From positions 1 through 39,203 of the IMG/VR virus record IMGVR_UViG_3300031949_000097: DNA of 39,203 nucleotides; one strand, given 5' to 3'. The notes beneath the pieces are model-generated. The model worked only from the letters and a program-made list of their open reading frames with translations. It made no database searches and was not told the DNA's origin. The number at the start of each line of letters is the position of its first letter. Positions within the stretch are counted from its first letter, which is position 1. The DNA comes from a virus. Lineage: Duplodnaviria; Caudoviricetes. Below, piece by piece: positions 17,759 through 25,800 of the stretch. The translations under genes and the position numbers were made by a program.

Positions 17759-19797
17759 CAGTTGACGCTCCTGCCGGCCTCGTACCAGTTGGTCCCATCG
17801 CAGACCAGGCGCGTCGTGTCGTCGGGGGTGTAGACGAAATTCCCAGCCAGCTTGAGGTTGCTGCCGTCGGTCAGTCCCGTTCCGGCGGCGGTCCCGGTGA
17901 AGAGCAGCGTCACCTTGGTGCCGTTCGCGGCCGCGGTGATCGACGTGATGTTAGCCGTCCCGGTGATCGTGTAGGTCCCCTCGCCCATGAGGGTGACGGT
18001 CGCGGCGCCGGCGATGCTGGCGCGCGGCGTGAAGTTCGCGTCGTTGACGGTGGTCTTGCCGGCGCCCGTGAAGGCTCCCGAGCTGATGACCCCCGTCAGC
18101 TCCGCAAAGGCGCTGCCGGTGGTCTCCTGATTCTCGACGTCCCACCGGGTCGCGCCGCCGGCGAGAGAGATCGAGCCGCCCCGCCACTTCGTCGTCCAGT
18201 TGGCGTGGTCGGGCGCGCTGGTGAAGAACAGTCCCCGGAGGGTGCTGGCCGAGTCGGCGACGTTGACGACGCAGTCGACGTCGTTCAGCTCCAGGCTGAG
18301 GGCGAGAGCGCCAGACTCCGCGCACCCGGCGTCGGGGACCACGGCGCAGGAAGCGGCCGCGTTGCGGCTCGCGTTGGTCGTCGTCACCTCGATGCGGGAG
18401 TGGGCGATGCGGAACGAGGTCGGAGTGGAGCCCGGTCCAAGGATCGGTCCGGCGAAGCAGCCCCAGCCGGCTATGGGGTCGCCGGTCTGGGTGGAGCTGA
18501 CCTTGATGATCGCGCCCTCGATGACGACGTTGGGCTCCGCCTCGTCGCGGACGACGGCCACGCACCACGGATCGTCGGGGCCGGCGAACTGGCCCCCGCT
18601 CGTCGCCTTGCAGTCGACCTCGAACTGGTCCCCGCGGCTCAGCAGCTTGGTCTTGTTCTGGGCTTCGAAGGCGGTTACCGTCCCGCGATAGTAGTTGGCC
18701 GCGCTGCTCGTCGTGGCCCAGCCGCCAGAGACCGGCCTGTCGCTGTTGCCCCAGGGGGCCGAGCCGTCAATGATGCCGATGTTAGAGTTGGTCACGTACG
18801 CGATACCGGCATCCGCCTGCACGCCGTTGCCGATGTGGCCGAAGGTAATGTTGGCGATCCCGGCTTCGCTGATGCCGTTGATGGAGTGGACGCGGGTGGT
18901 CTGCCTGTCGACCCCCATGATGGATACGTAGCCAATGCCGGCCAGAATCTCGTCGTAGTCGCCCGGGTGGACGACGATCACGTACCGCTTCGTGGCGCTG
19001 GCATCTCCGAGCGCCGTGATCGCGGCTAGGGCTCCGCCCACCGTGCTGAATTGGTAGCCTGACTTGCCGACGTGGATCTCCGTCCCCGTGAACATGTAGA
19101 GCCCGCCCCATGTCGCGGCGCCGTCGAGGGAGATGCGCGGGTAGGGCGGATTGCCGCTCGGCAGGAGATCGAGCCGGCGCATCGCTTCCTGGAAGGTCCG
19201 CCGGACATTCGACTGGTCATAGGCGGCGAAGGTCATCAGCCCGTCGGTCGTGATCGTGGCGACCGACCTCTTGCCGGTGGTGTTCGACCCGGCCACCTCG
19301 CCCGTTCCGCAGCCGCAGGTGAACGTGCCGATGCCGCTGGAGACGAGCGACGACTCCAGGGTGGACGAGTTGTTGCAGGTCTTCCAGGCCGTGAAGCCGT
19401 CGCTGGCGTTGGCCCACAGCGCGCCCCAGGTGTTCGCCCCCGATGGCAGAGCCCCCTTGGTCACGATGAAGTTCTTCGACCCCGACGGGAAATAGCTGAT
19501 GCTGGCCGGGCCCCGGGCCGTCAGCCCGCTCTGGTTGCCGGCGTAGACGGCGAAGCGCACCTCGCCCGCGCAGCTCCCCGACACGAACGAGCTGGCCGTC
19601 GGCGCAATGGTGGGGTCGGTCATCGTGAAGTCCTGCTTGACCGTGAAGGGCTTGAGGGCGCTGAGGGCCCAGTCCCGCCCCTGCAGGATCGCCTCGGTGA
19701 TGGCGTACCCCGCAGCTCGGGCCGCGGGGTCCCACGACAGCAGCAGGCCGGCCGCCACCAGCGTTCCGACCAGGAGTCCTTGCTTCCAGCGTCTCAT
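17758..19797 (-). CDS. Tailspike/fibre-like beta-helix protein with N-terminal signal peptide
   Basis: MRRWKQGLLVGTLVAAGLLLSWDPAARA signal; ALAAI...DASATKRYVIVVHPGDYDE beta-helix cap; fibre-type C-terminus ...LVCDGTNWYE; last gene of the tail block. Confidence 0.72.
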   Translation of the reverse strand: MRRWKQGLLVGTLVAAGLLLSWDPAARAAGYAITEAILQGRDWALSALKPFTVKQDFTMTDPTIAPTASSFVSGSCAGEVRFAVYAGNQSGLTARGPASISYFPSGSKNFIVTKGALPSGANTWGALWANASDGFTAWKTCNNSSTLESSLVSSGIGTFTCGCGTGEVAGSNTTGKRSVATITTDGLMTFAAYDQSNVRRTFQEAMRRLDLLPSGNPPYPRISLDGAATWGGLYMFTGTEIHVGKSGYQFSTVGGALAAITALGDASATKRYVIVVHPGDYDEILAGIGYVSIMGVDRQTTRVHSINGISEAGIANITFGHIGNGVQADAGIAYVTNSNIGIIDGSAPWGNSDRPVSGGWATTSSAANYYRGTVTAFEAQNKTKLLSRGDQFEVDCKATSGGQFAGPDDPWCVAVVRDEAEPNVVIEGAIIKVSSTQTGDPIAGWGCFAGPILGPGSTPTSFRIAHSRIEVTTTNASRNAAASCAVVPDAGCAESGALALSLELNDVDCVVNVADSASTLRGLFFTSAPDHANWTTKWRGGSISLAGGATRWDVENQETTGSAFAELTGVISSGAFTGAGKTTVNDANFTPRASIAGAATVTLMGEGTYTITGTANITSITAAANGTKVTLLFTGTAAGTGLTDGSNLKLAGNFVYTPDDTTRLVCDGTNWYEAGRSVN

Positions 19798-19806
19798 CGC
19801 TCCCCC

Positions 19807-19851
19807 AAAAGAAAAGGGCCCGCCGCAGGTGTCGTGCCCCACGACGGGCCC
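19807..19851 (-). terminator. Rho-independent terminator immediately upstream of the spike gene
   Basis: GGGCCCGTCGT...GCGGCGGGCCC followed by TTTTCTTTT on the minus strand. Confidence 0.7.
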
Positions 19852-19915
19852 CTCTCTCTCGTCTTCAGAACCGCCCGGTTCATGAGGCCGGGCGGCGGTC
19901 GACCTCGATCTTAGA

Positions 19916-20701
19916 TCACGAGTTCACCGGAATGGCGGTCCACCGGTGCTCCCAGCGGTCCATCCGGTAATCGGTCGTACCCGCGGCCGGCGTGACCGCG
20001 CCCCACATGAGCCTCAGGACGACGCTGTCCGGGATGTTCGTCGTGAACGGCGACCCGGAGATCTCCGCGCCGTCGATGTAGGCCCGGACCTGCAGCGTGG
20101 CGCCGCCGCCGGATCGCGTGAACTCCATCCTCAGCTTCTGCCAGGCGGCCCGGTTCCCGATGTTATCGGTCTGCGTCGGAACACCGCCCTTGGCGACCCT
20201 GAACCGCCACTTGCCGGCCGCCGTGCCCTTGAAGAAGCCGATGCAGTTGGCTTCGGTCGCCGGCGTGGCAACGCCGGTATCGTTGTATCCGACGATCATG
20301 TTGTCGGGTGCGGCGCCGCCGATATCCTGCACCCGCGCCTCAAGGAAACCGACCATGTCCTGGTTCAGCCGGAACGAGCACTTGGTGAGCCTGGACTGCA
20401 GGACCTTGGTCGCGGCCGTGGCCACGGTGTTGATCCGGATCACGTGGTCGCCGCTGCTCGCCATCATTGTGTCGAAGCCCGCGGAGGTGCCCGTCACCTC
20501 ATATATTGAGTTGACGTCGACGCCGCCGGCGCCGCCGCTGCTGCTGAAGAAGTCGTCGACGATGGCGTTCTGGCTCTGAGCGAGCAGCTGCGCGATCCGG
20601 GCCTCGTGGTCGTCCTGATTGTCCCGTAGCTGGCGCATGTCGTCCTGATTGACCTGGTGCTTGTAGGCCGTCTGCGCGTCGGTCAGCCGGACGTAGCTCA
20701 T
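19916..20701 (-). CDS. Tail-associated protein (short coiled coil plus lectin-like beta domain)
   Basis: LRDNQDDHEARI...DDF then a beta-rich domain; position after the tail hub gene. Confidence 0.65.
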   Translation of the reverse strand: MSYVRLTDAQTAYKHQVNQDDMRQLRDNQDDHEARIAQLLAQSQNAIVDDFFSSSGGAGGVDVNSIYEVTGTSAGFDTMMASSGDHVIRINTVATAATKVLQSRLTKCSFRLNQDMVGFLEARVQDIGGAAPDNMIVGYNDTGVATPATEANCIGFFKGTAAGKWRFRVAKGGVPTQTDNIGNRAAWQKLRMEFTRSGGGATLQVRAYIDGAEISGSPFTTNIPDSVVLRLMWGAVTPAAGTTDYRMDRWEHRWTAIPVNS

Positions 20702-22368
20702 CAGACAACCTCGTAGCCGGGCGTGCCGTCCGAGAAGTTCCCGCCGCCCGGGGGACCGATGTACATGTACTCGCGCTCCGCGGCGCTCGCGGCGTCGTAG
20801 TCCGGGAGACCACCGGGCGGGCCGATGAAGGACGGGCGCGTGAAGTTGGCGTCCTGCAACAGCAGCTCGACGCGGGCCATCTTCATGTTCTCGTTCCGCT
20901 CCACGACCTCCATGCGTTTCAGCGTCAGGCCGGGCGTGGAGCTGGCGGGATTGGGGATCCGCGGGTGGGACAGCAGCAGGTCCTCCCCGACCTGGATCGC
21001 CCGCTTGCGCATCGGCACCCGGGTCCTCACCTGGTAGGGCGCGTCACTGCATCGCCGCAGGATGACGGATGCCCGGCCCTGGGCCAGGCGGACCCCGCTC
21101 TCGCTGCCCTTGAAGCCCGTCGATTCCTCCCGGACCTCGGGCTCCTCGCCCGTCGTGGCCTGGTCGGCGGTGTCCTCGAGCGTGACGACCTGCGCCGGCG
21201 ACCCGCCGCCCATGGCCGAATCGACTCCGAGGACGACCCGGTTGACGTGAGAATCCAGGTCCCGACCCGCTTCCCAGGACAGAATGTCGTCCTCGGTCAG
21301 CGTGGCCAGGCCGGCGGCGATGTCGTCCGGGTAGGGCGCCCGGAACGCCCGGAAGCCGATCGTGCCGTCGAGCAGGACGCGGGGATAGCCGAGCCAGCGG
21401 TAGAGGTTGCCCTCCAGGAAAGTCGAGCCACGGACCGGCTTGGTGATCTCGAAGCGCCAGACGGCCGAGGGGTAGATGCGGTCCCGCTCCTTGATGATGC
21501 CGGTCGTGTCGATGTCCGCGGTCGCGATCGAGAGACCAGTGGGCTGGCCGAGAGCCCTGACGAGCGGCCAGGAGCCGTTCGCGAAGTCGCCCGTGAGCAG
21601 CGCCAGCATGATGTTGAACGGGTTCCCCTCCAGGACCGTCGAGGCGGCCCGCACGGGGTCCCCCGCCTTGTACTTGTAGGTGGTGACGGGATCGATGAAG
21701 ACCTCGTTGGTCGTGTCCCGGACCTGCTGGACGACGACCTTCTCTTCCGCGCCGGGGTTGGCGCCGTCGGTGCTGGGCCCCAGGAACAGGCGGTCCCCCT
21801 GGTGCCAGGCAGTCGGGTCCCCGTTCGTCTTGAAGACGCCGACGCCGGCGACCTGGTCCTCGAAGAAGGCGAGCTCGATCTGCTGACCCCGGGCGTCGGC
21901 GTTCAGGCAGATGGTCTCCTGCTGGGCCCGCCGCAGGTCCCCCAGGGCGAACTCCCAGAGACCACCATCCATGGAGACGTCGACGCCCCGGATCTGCGCC
22001 TTGGCCCAGACCGCGTAGTCGGCTTCCGCCAGGTCCGCGTACCCCGAGAACAGCGTGACCCTGCGGTTCACCAGGGACGCCAGGGTCGGGCTGGTCTTCT
22101 CATTCGCGAACAGGTCTCCGATCTCGTCGTCCCGGTTGACGAGCTGCATCGTGAACAGGTTCAGCGATGTCCGTCCCTGCAGCTGGCTGACCTTCTGCCC
22201 GACCAGCTCCGGCAGGTTCAGCAGGCGTTTCTTCGTCGTGGCGGCCGACCGCACCGGCCCCGTCGAGAAGTGCTTGGACGTCAGGCCGTCGATGGCGATG
22301 AAGTAGACGGGGCTGCGCGCGCCGGCGTTGGTCCGGGCCGTCCAGTTGGCATTCGGGTTGTAAGGCAT
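20701..22368 (-). CDS. Tail tip / hub protein (Tal-like)
   Basis: 555 aa, beta-rich; ...IQVGEDLLLSHP...MEVVER OB-fold-like C-terminus; positional inference. Confidence 0.65.
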   Translation of the reverse strand: MPYNPNANWTARTNAGARSPVYFIAIDGLTSKHFSTGPVRSAATTKKRLLNLPELVGQKVSQLQGRTSLNLFTMQLVNRDDEIGDLFANEKTSPTLASLVNRRVTLFSGYADLAEADYAVWAKAQIRGVDVSMDGGLWEFALGDLRRAQQETICLNADARGQQIELAFFEDQVAGVGVFKTNGDPTAWHQGDRLFLGPSTDGANPGAEEKVVVQQVRDTTNEVFIDPVTTYKYKAGDPVRAASTVLEGNPFNIMLALLTGDFANGSWPLVRALGQPTGLSIATADIDTTGIIKERDRIYPSAVWRFEITKPVRGSTFLEGNLYRWLGYPRVLLDGTIGFRAFRAPYPDDIAAGLATLTEDDILSWEAGRDLDSHVNRVVLGVDSAMGGGSPAQVVTLEDTADQATTGEEPEVREESTGFKGSESGVRLAQGRASVILRRCSDAPYQVRTRVPMRKRAIQVGEDLLLSHPRIPNPASSTPGLTLKRMEVVERNENMKMARVELLLQDANFTRPSFIGPPGGLPDYDAASAAEREYMYIGPPGGGNFSDGTPGYEVV

Positions 22369-23012
22369 CAGCCCAGGTCCTCGCGACAGCTATGGTCGAA
22401 CGCGAACGTGGTGATGAGCTCCTGGACGGGCAGGTCCGAATCGAGGCTCACCATCTTGGGGAAGTAGTCCCGCGACCGGAAGATGTCCCCCGTCAGGTAG
22501 CCGAACTTGAGGTTGTTGAGCGCCGTGACGCTGACGCCGGCCGAGATGCTGGCCACCTCGACGATCTCCTCTTCCTCCCCGGCCGACTCGCGGATCAGGT
22601 ACTTCTTGCCGGCGGTGATCCCCGTCGTGGAGGTCAGCGGAATCACCTTCTGACCAGCCGCCGCCGAACCGTCCAGCGTCGTATCGGCGGTCTCGGAGTC
22701 GTCGAGCGCCACCTGGTAGGGCTGTCCTCGGGCCGCCCACGACCACCAGGCGTGCAGGTCGGCCTCGAACTGCGTCTCCTCGAAGTTCTCCAGGGCGATC
22801 CTGACCTCGTCGAACTGGTGATGGAGATTCACGTCTGACACGCCCCCGCCAGAGAACACCAGGTCCCGGACGGCCCGGCGCTGGTAGCGGTAGAGGGTCG
22901 GTTTGCCCGGGAAGCTCAGGGTGTTGCCGTTCCACACGATCTTAGGCAGCCCCAAGAACGCACCCCCCTCGCCCCAGTCCTCCCAGAAGAAGAGCCTCGA
23001 CGCCAGCGCCAC
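22368..23012 (-). CDS. Distal tail (Dit-like) protein
   Basis: Position before the hub gene; contains a TTL..SAAAG..VIPLTSTTGI..G...EIVEV insert domain. Confidence 0.55.
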   Translation of the reverse strand: MALASRLFFWEDWGEGGAFLGLPKIVWNGNTLSFPGKPTLYRYQRRAVRDLVFSGGGVSDVNLHHQFDEVRIALENFEETQFEADLHAWWSWAARGQPYQVALDDSETADTTLDGSAAAGQKVIPLTSTTGITAGKKYLIRESAGEEEEIVEVASISAGVSVTALNNLKFGYLTGDIFRSRDYFPKMVSLDSDLPVQELITTFAFDHSCREDLG

Positions 23013-23015
23013 CGA

Positions 23016-23690
23016 TCACACCCCCGCGCCCGTCATCATCAGGCTGTTGGGGGGCAGCCCGGCCGCCGGCGGGGTGAAGAACGCCAGGGTCTGCGGCGTC
23101 TCGATGTAGGAGGCCGCGTTGGTGGTCGTCGCGTCGACGACGTCCGTGGTGCCCTCGAAGTAGCAGGTCTGCGCGTAGGCGACGCTCATCGACTGGGCGT
23201 TGGTGTGGCGCCAGACCTCCAGGACCAGGATGTCGCCGTCCTGCACGCCAGACACGGCCGACCCCGCGAACGAGGCCACGATCCCGTCCTCCGTGGCGCC
23301 CCACTCCGGCCCGAGCTGGGAGTCGGAATCCCGGACGTATCCGACGACGGAGCTGCTCGACGGGCGGAACACGTACAGCGAGATGACCAGGCCGGAATTG
23401 GCCGCGGCATTCCCCTCGCTGAACGCGATCCCCAGGCTCCAGGTCTGGGCCGTGACGTCGCCGGCCGCCAGCGCGTCGCTGCTGAAGGAGGTGAAGAAGT
23501 CGTCGTTGTGGTCGGCGTTGGCGAAGCTGTTGTACGTGATGCTGACCTGCGCCGCGCCCTTGGCCGTATTCAGGGCCTTGATGGCGATCCCCGCATCTCT
23601 GCCCCCGACCACCGGCAGGACGGCGGACCTCTCGGTCTCCCCGGGGCTGTCGGTCGGTGTCAGGTTGCGCAGGTAGAGGCGCGTCGCCAT
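23016..23690 (-). CDS. Virion-associated hypothetical protein
   Basis: MATRLYL start with GGAG SD; beta-rich; LMMTGAG C-terminus. Confidence 0.7.
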   Translation of the reverse strand: MATRLYLRNLTPTDSPGETERSAVLPVVGGRDAGIAIKALNTAKGAAQVSITYNSFANADHNDDFFTSFSSDALAAGDVTAQTWSLGIAFSEGNAAANSGLVISLYVFRPSSSSVVGYVRDSDSQLGPEWGATEDGIVASFAGSAVSGVQDGDILVLEVWRHTNAQSMSVAYAQTCYFEGTTDVVDATTTNAASYIETPQTLAFFTPPAAGLPPNSLMMTGAGV

Positions 23691-24013
23691 CAGCGCTCCA
23701 CGACGGCCTGGTCCGGGTAGAGCCAGCGCCCCGAGACCGCATCCCACCTCTTGCCGAGTATGCGATGCTCGCTGAGGTCATCGTCGATCCTCGCGAAGGT
23801 GAACGCACAGCCCTCCAGCGCCTGGTCGAGGCGCGCGGGCCAGGTCATGTAGCCGACCCCCACCAGTCCGTCGGCGTTGGCGTAGTCCGTCCTCGAGCAG
23901 GCGCCTGCCTCGCCCGTGACCTTGCCCTCGGTCCAGACCAGGGTCGGCTCGGTGCAGCCGATCTCGCACAGGCCGCAGCGATTGCACTCTCCACGACGCT
24001 CTATCCTCGACAC
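23690..24013 (-). CDS. Cys-rich protein (GECNRCGLC; YkgJ/CxxCxxCC-like)
   Basis: CxxCxxC...C motif plus C-terminal GCAFTF. Confidence 0.6.
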   Translation of the reverse strand: MSRIERRGECNRCGLCEIGCTEPTLVWTEGKVTGEAGACSRTDYANADGLVGVGYMTWPARLDQALEGCAFTFARIDDDLSEHRILGKRWDAVSGRWLYPDQAVVER

Positions 24014-24029
24014 GCGGCATCCCCACGGG

Positions 24030-25190
24030 TCACGGCACCTTCACGAAATTGACCAAGATGTTCACGGTCACGGTCGCCACGGACAGAGTCGCGGTCCAGT
24101 TGTTGTTGACCGCGGCCTTCTGGGCCCAGGGCGCCGGGAAGGCGATCACGATCCCCCCGCTGGCGGCCAGGGCCAGGATCGCCCGGGTCGTGCCCGCGGT
24201 CGCGTCCTTGATGGTCACGTTCACCGCGGTCGCCGCCTGGTTCGTGATGACCAGACAGACGATGTCGTGGTGCTCGCTCGCGACCGCCGTGCAGATCGTC
24301 GTCTCGGTGGTGGTGTTGACGATCTGCGTATGCTGCGTGTCGTGCAGCTCGCGGGGCGCGAACGGCAGGGTAATGAGGCGGCCGAGGGTGTCGAAGGTCG
24401 CCTTCACCCGGTCCAGCGCGGCGGACACGGCCGACCAGGCCGTCCGCGCGATCCCGCCCACCCCGAGCGGGTTCCCGGAGTCGGCGGCATCGTGGCCGGC
24501 GTCGCCCTGCGCCTGCGCCGCGCTGGCCCCGGTCGGCATCCGGGTCACGTCGACATCGAGGCCGTTGGCAGCGTCGCCCGCGATCAGGGCCCCGGCGGCC
24601 GTCAGGACGACGCAGCGGGCCCCGTTGCGGAGCATCCAGGCCCGGACGGCGTCCCCATCGGCCGAGACATCCGCCGGCGCGGCCGCGCTGGCCCGCCCCG
24701 CCACCAGCACGGGCTTGCCCGTGATCGGGATGTCGTGGTCGTCCTCACCCTGGACCTGGCCCTTCAGGTTCGCGGCCGTCCCCTGGGCGGCAATCACGGG
24801 GACGGGGGTGGCGCGGAGCTCACCATCGGTGAGCGGGCCCGAGACGGGCACGGTCGTCGGCGCCGCGCCGATGTTGACGTCCAGGCGGCCGCCGACGAGC
24901 GCCGCCGGCAGCAGGGTCAGCAGCTTCTTCAGCCGGCCGATGACCGTCAGGGCAGTATCGGCGTCAGCCGTGGCGCCCACCGCGACCAGGTGGCCATCGC
25001 CGGCGCGCACCGGTAGCGCATAGTCGGAGGCGCCCGGGGCGGCGTTCTTCGGGACGATGTCGTCGTCTGGGGTCTGGCCTGCCAGCAGGACTTTCTGGAC
25101 CTCGACGACCTGCGTCGCCTCGGTCTTCTGGAAGGTGGCGACCTTCTTCCCGGTATTATCCGGCGGGACCTGGATCAGGCTGTTGGCCAT
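24030..25190 (-). CDS. Virion/tail-associated hypothetical protein
   Basis: 386 aa Ala/Val/Thr/Asp-rich with internal repeats (HD..xxGxPxxVxGxA; SAxxDxVxA); IQVPPDNTGKKV N-terminus; AGGAG SD. Confidence 0.72.
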   Translation of the reverse strand: MANSLIQVPPDNTGKKVATFQKTEATQVVEVQKVLLAGQTPDDDIVPKNAAPGASDYALPVRAGDGHLVAVGATADADTALTVIGRLKKLLTLLPAALVGGRLDVNIGAAPTTVPVSGPLTDGELRATPVPVIAAQGTAANLKGQVQGEDDHDIPITGKPVLVAGRASAAAPADVSADGDAVRAWMLRNGARCVVLTAAGALIAGDAANGLDVDVTRMPTGASAAQAQGDAGHDAADSGNPLGVGGIARTAWSAVSAALDRVKATFDTLGRLITLPFAPRELHDTQHTQIVNTTTETTICTAVASEHHDIVCLVITNQAATAVNVTIKDATAGTTRAILALAASGGIVIAFPAPWAQKAAVNNNWTATLSVATVTVNILVNFVKVP

Positions 25191-25472
25191 TCAGTGCGGC
25201 TCCTGGAAGTCACGGAGCTCCGGTGGGCAGTCGAAGTAGCAACGGCGCGTCTTCCCGTATCGGGTCCGTTCGGCGGCGTTCAGCAGGCAGAGCTTCATGC
25301 GGCGCGCCTCCTCCCCGTCGATGGGCAGCTCGACGACGACGTACTCCCGCCCGCCGTCCCAGTCGAGGCAGCGCATCTGGCTGGGTGCTCCGGGGATGGT
25401 GGCCCCGTCGTCGCTTCCGCCGCAGCGGACGAGGGCGAGACCCGCGAGGCAGATAAGAGCCGCTCTCCGCAT
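25191..25472 (-). CDS. Putative lipoprotein
   Basis: MRRAALICLAGLALVR-CGG lipobox-like signal; four further Cys in the mature part. Confidence 0.65.
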   Translation of the reverse strand: MRRAALICLAGLALVRCGGSDDGATIPGAPSQMRCLDWDGGREYVVVELPIDGEEARRMKLCLLNAAERTRYGKTRRCYFDCPPELRDFQEPH

Positions 25473-25492
25473 TAGGAAACCTCAGATAGTGG

Positions 25493-25521
25493 TTGCGCGA
25501 AAGGGCCTATGGGCGTATGGT
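25493..25521 (+). promoter_or_regulatory. Promoter of the plus-strand moron
   Basis: TTGCGC-N17-TATGGT, 34 nt upstream of ATG 25556. Confidence 0.55.
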
Positions 25522-25555
25522 TTCGGGACACCTGATGTTCTGGAAGCAGAGCCGG

Positions 25556-25786
25556 ATGAGCACACCACAGCAGCCGTTGAGAGCTCCCTGTCCGCGTTGT
25601 TCGGGCAGCCTTGTCCCCCATGAGGAATCGCCCAACTCGGGCACAGGATGCATCCTGGCGCTTCTTGGCTTGATCCTCTCGCCGGTCCTCATCGGAGTGC
25701 CCTTCGCCATTTATGGTTTCGTGCTGATGGGCAGGAAGCGTCGCTGCTGGTGGTGCCGAGGCTGTGGGGCCATGTTCCCTCCCTGA
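25556..25786 (+). CDS. LITAF-like zinc-ribbon membrane protein (moron)
   Basis: CPRC - hydrophobic hairpin GCILALLGLILSPVLIGVPFAIYGFVL - CRGC; the only convincing plus-strand CDS. Confidence 0.78.
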   Translation: MSTPQQPLRAPCPRCSGSLVPHEESPNSGTGCILALLGLILSPVLIGVPFAIYGFVLMGRKRRCWWCRGCGAMFPP

Positions 25787-25800
25787 GCGGAGCCATCGGC

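Noticed and set aside
19852-19900. Hammerhead ribozyme (CTGAAGA on the minus strand)
   Set aside because: No following stem II and GAAA core in the required arrangement.
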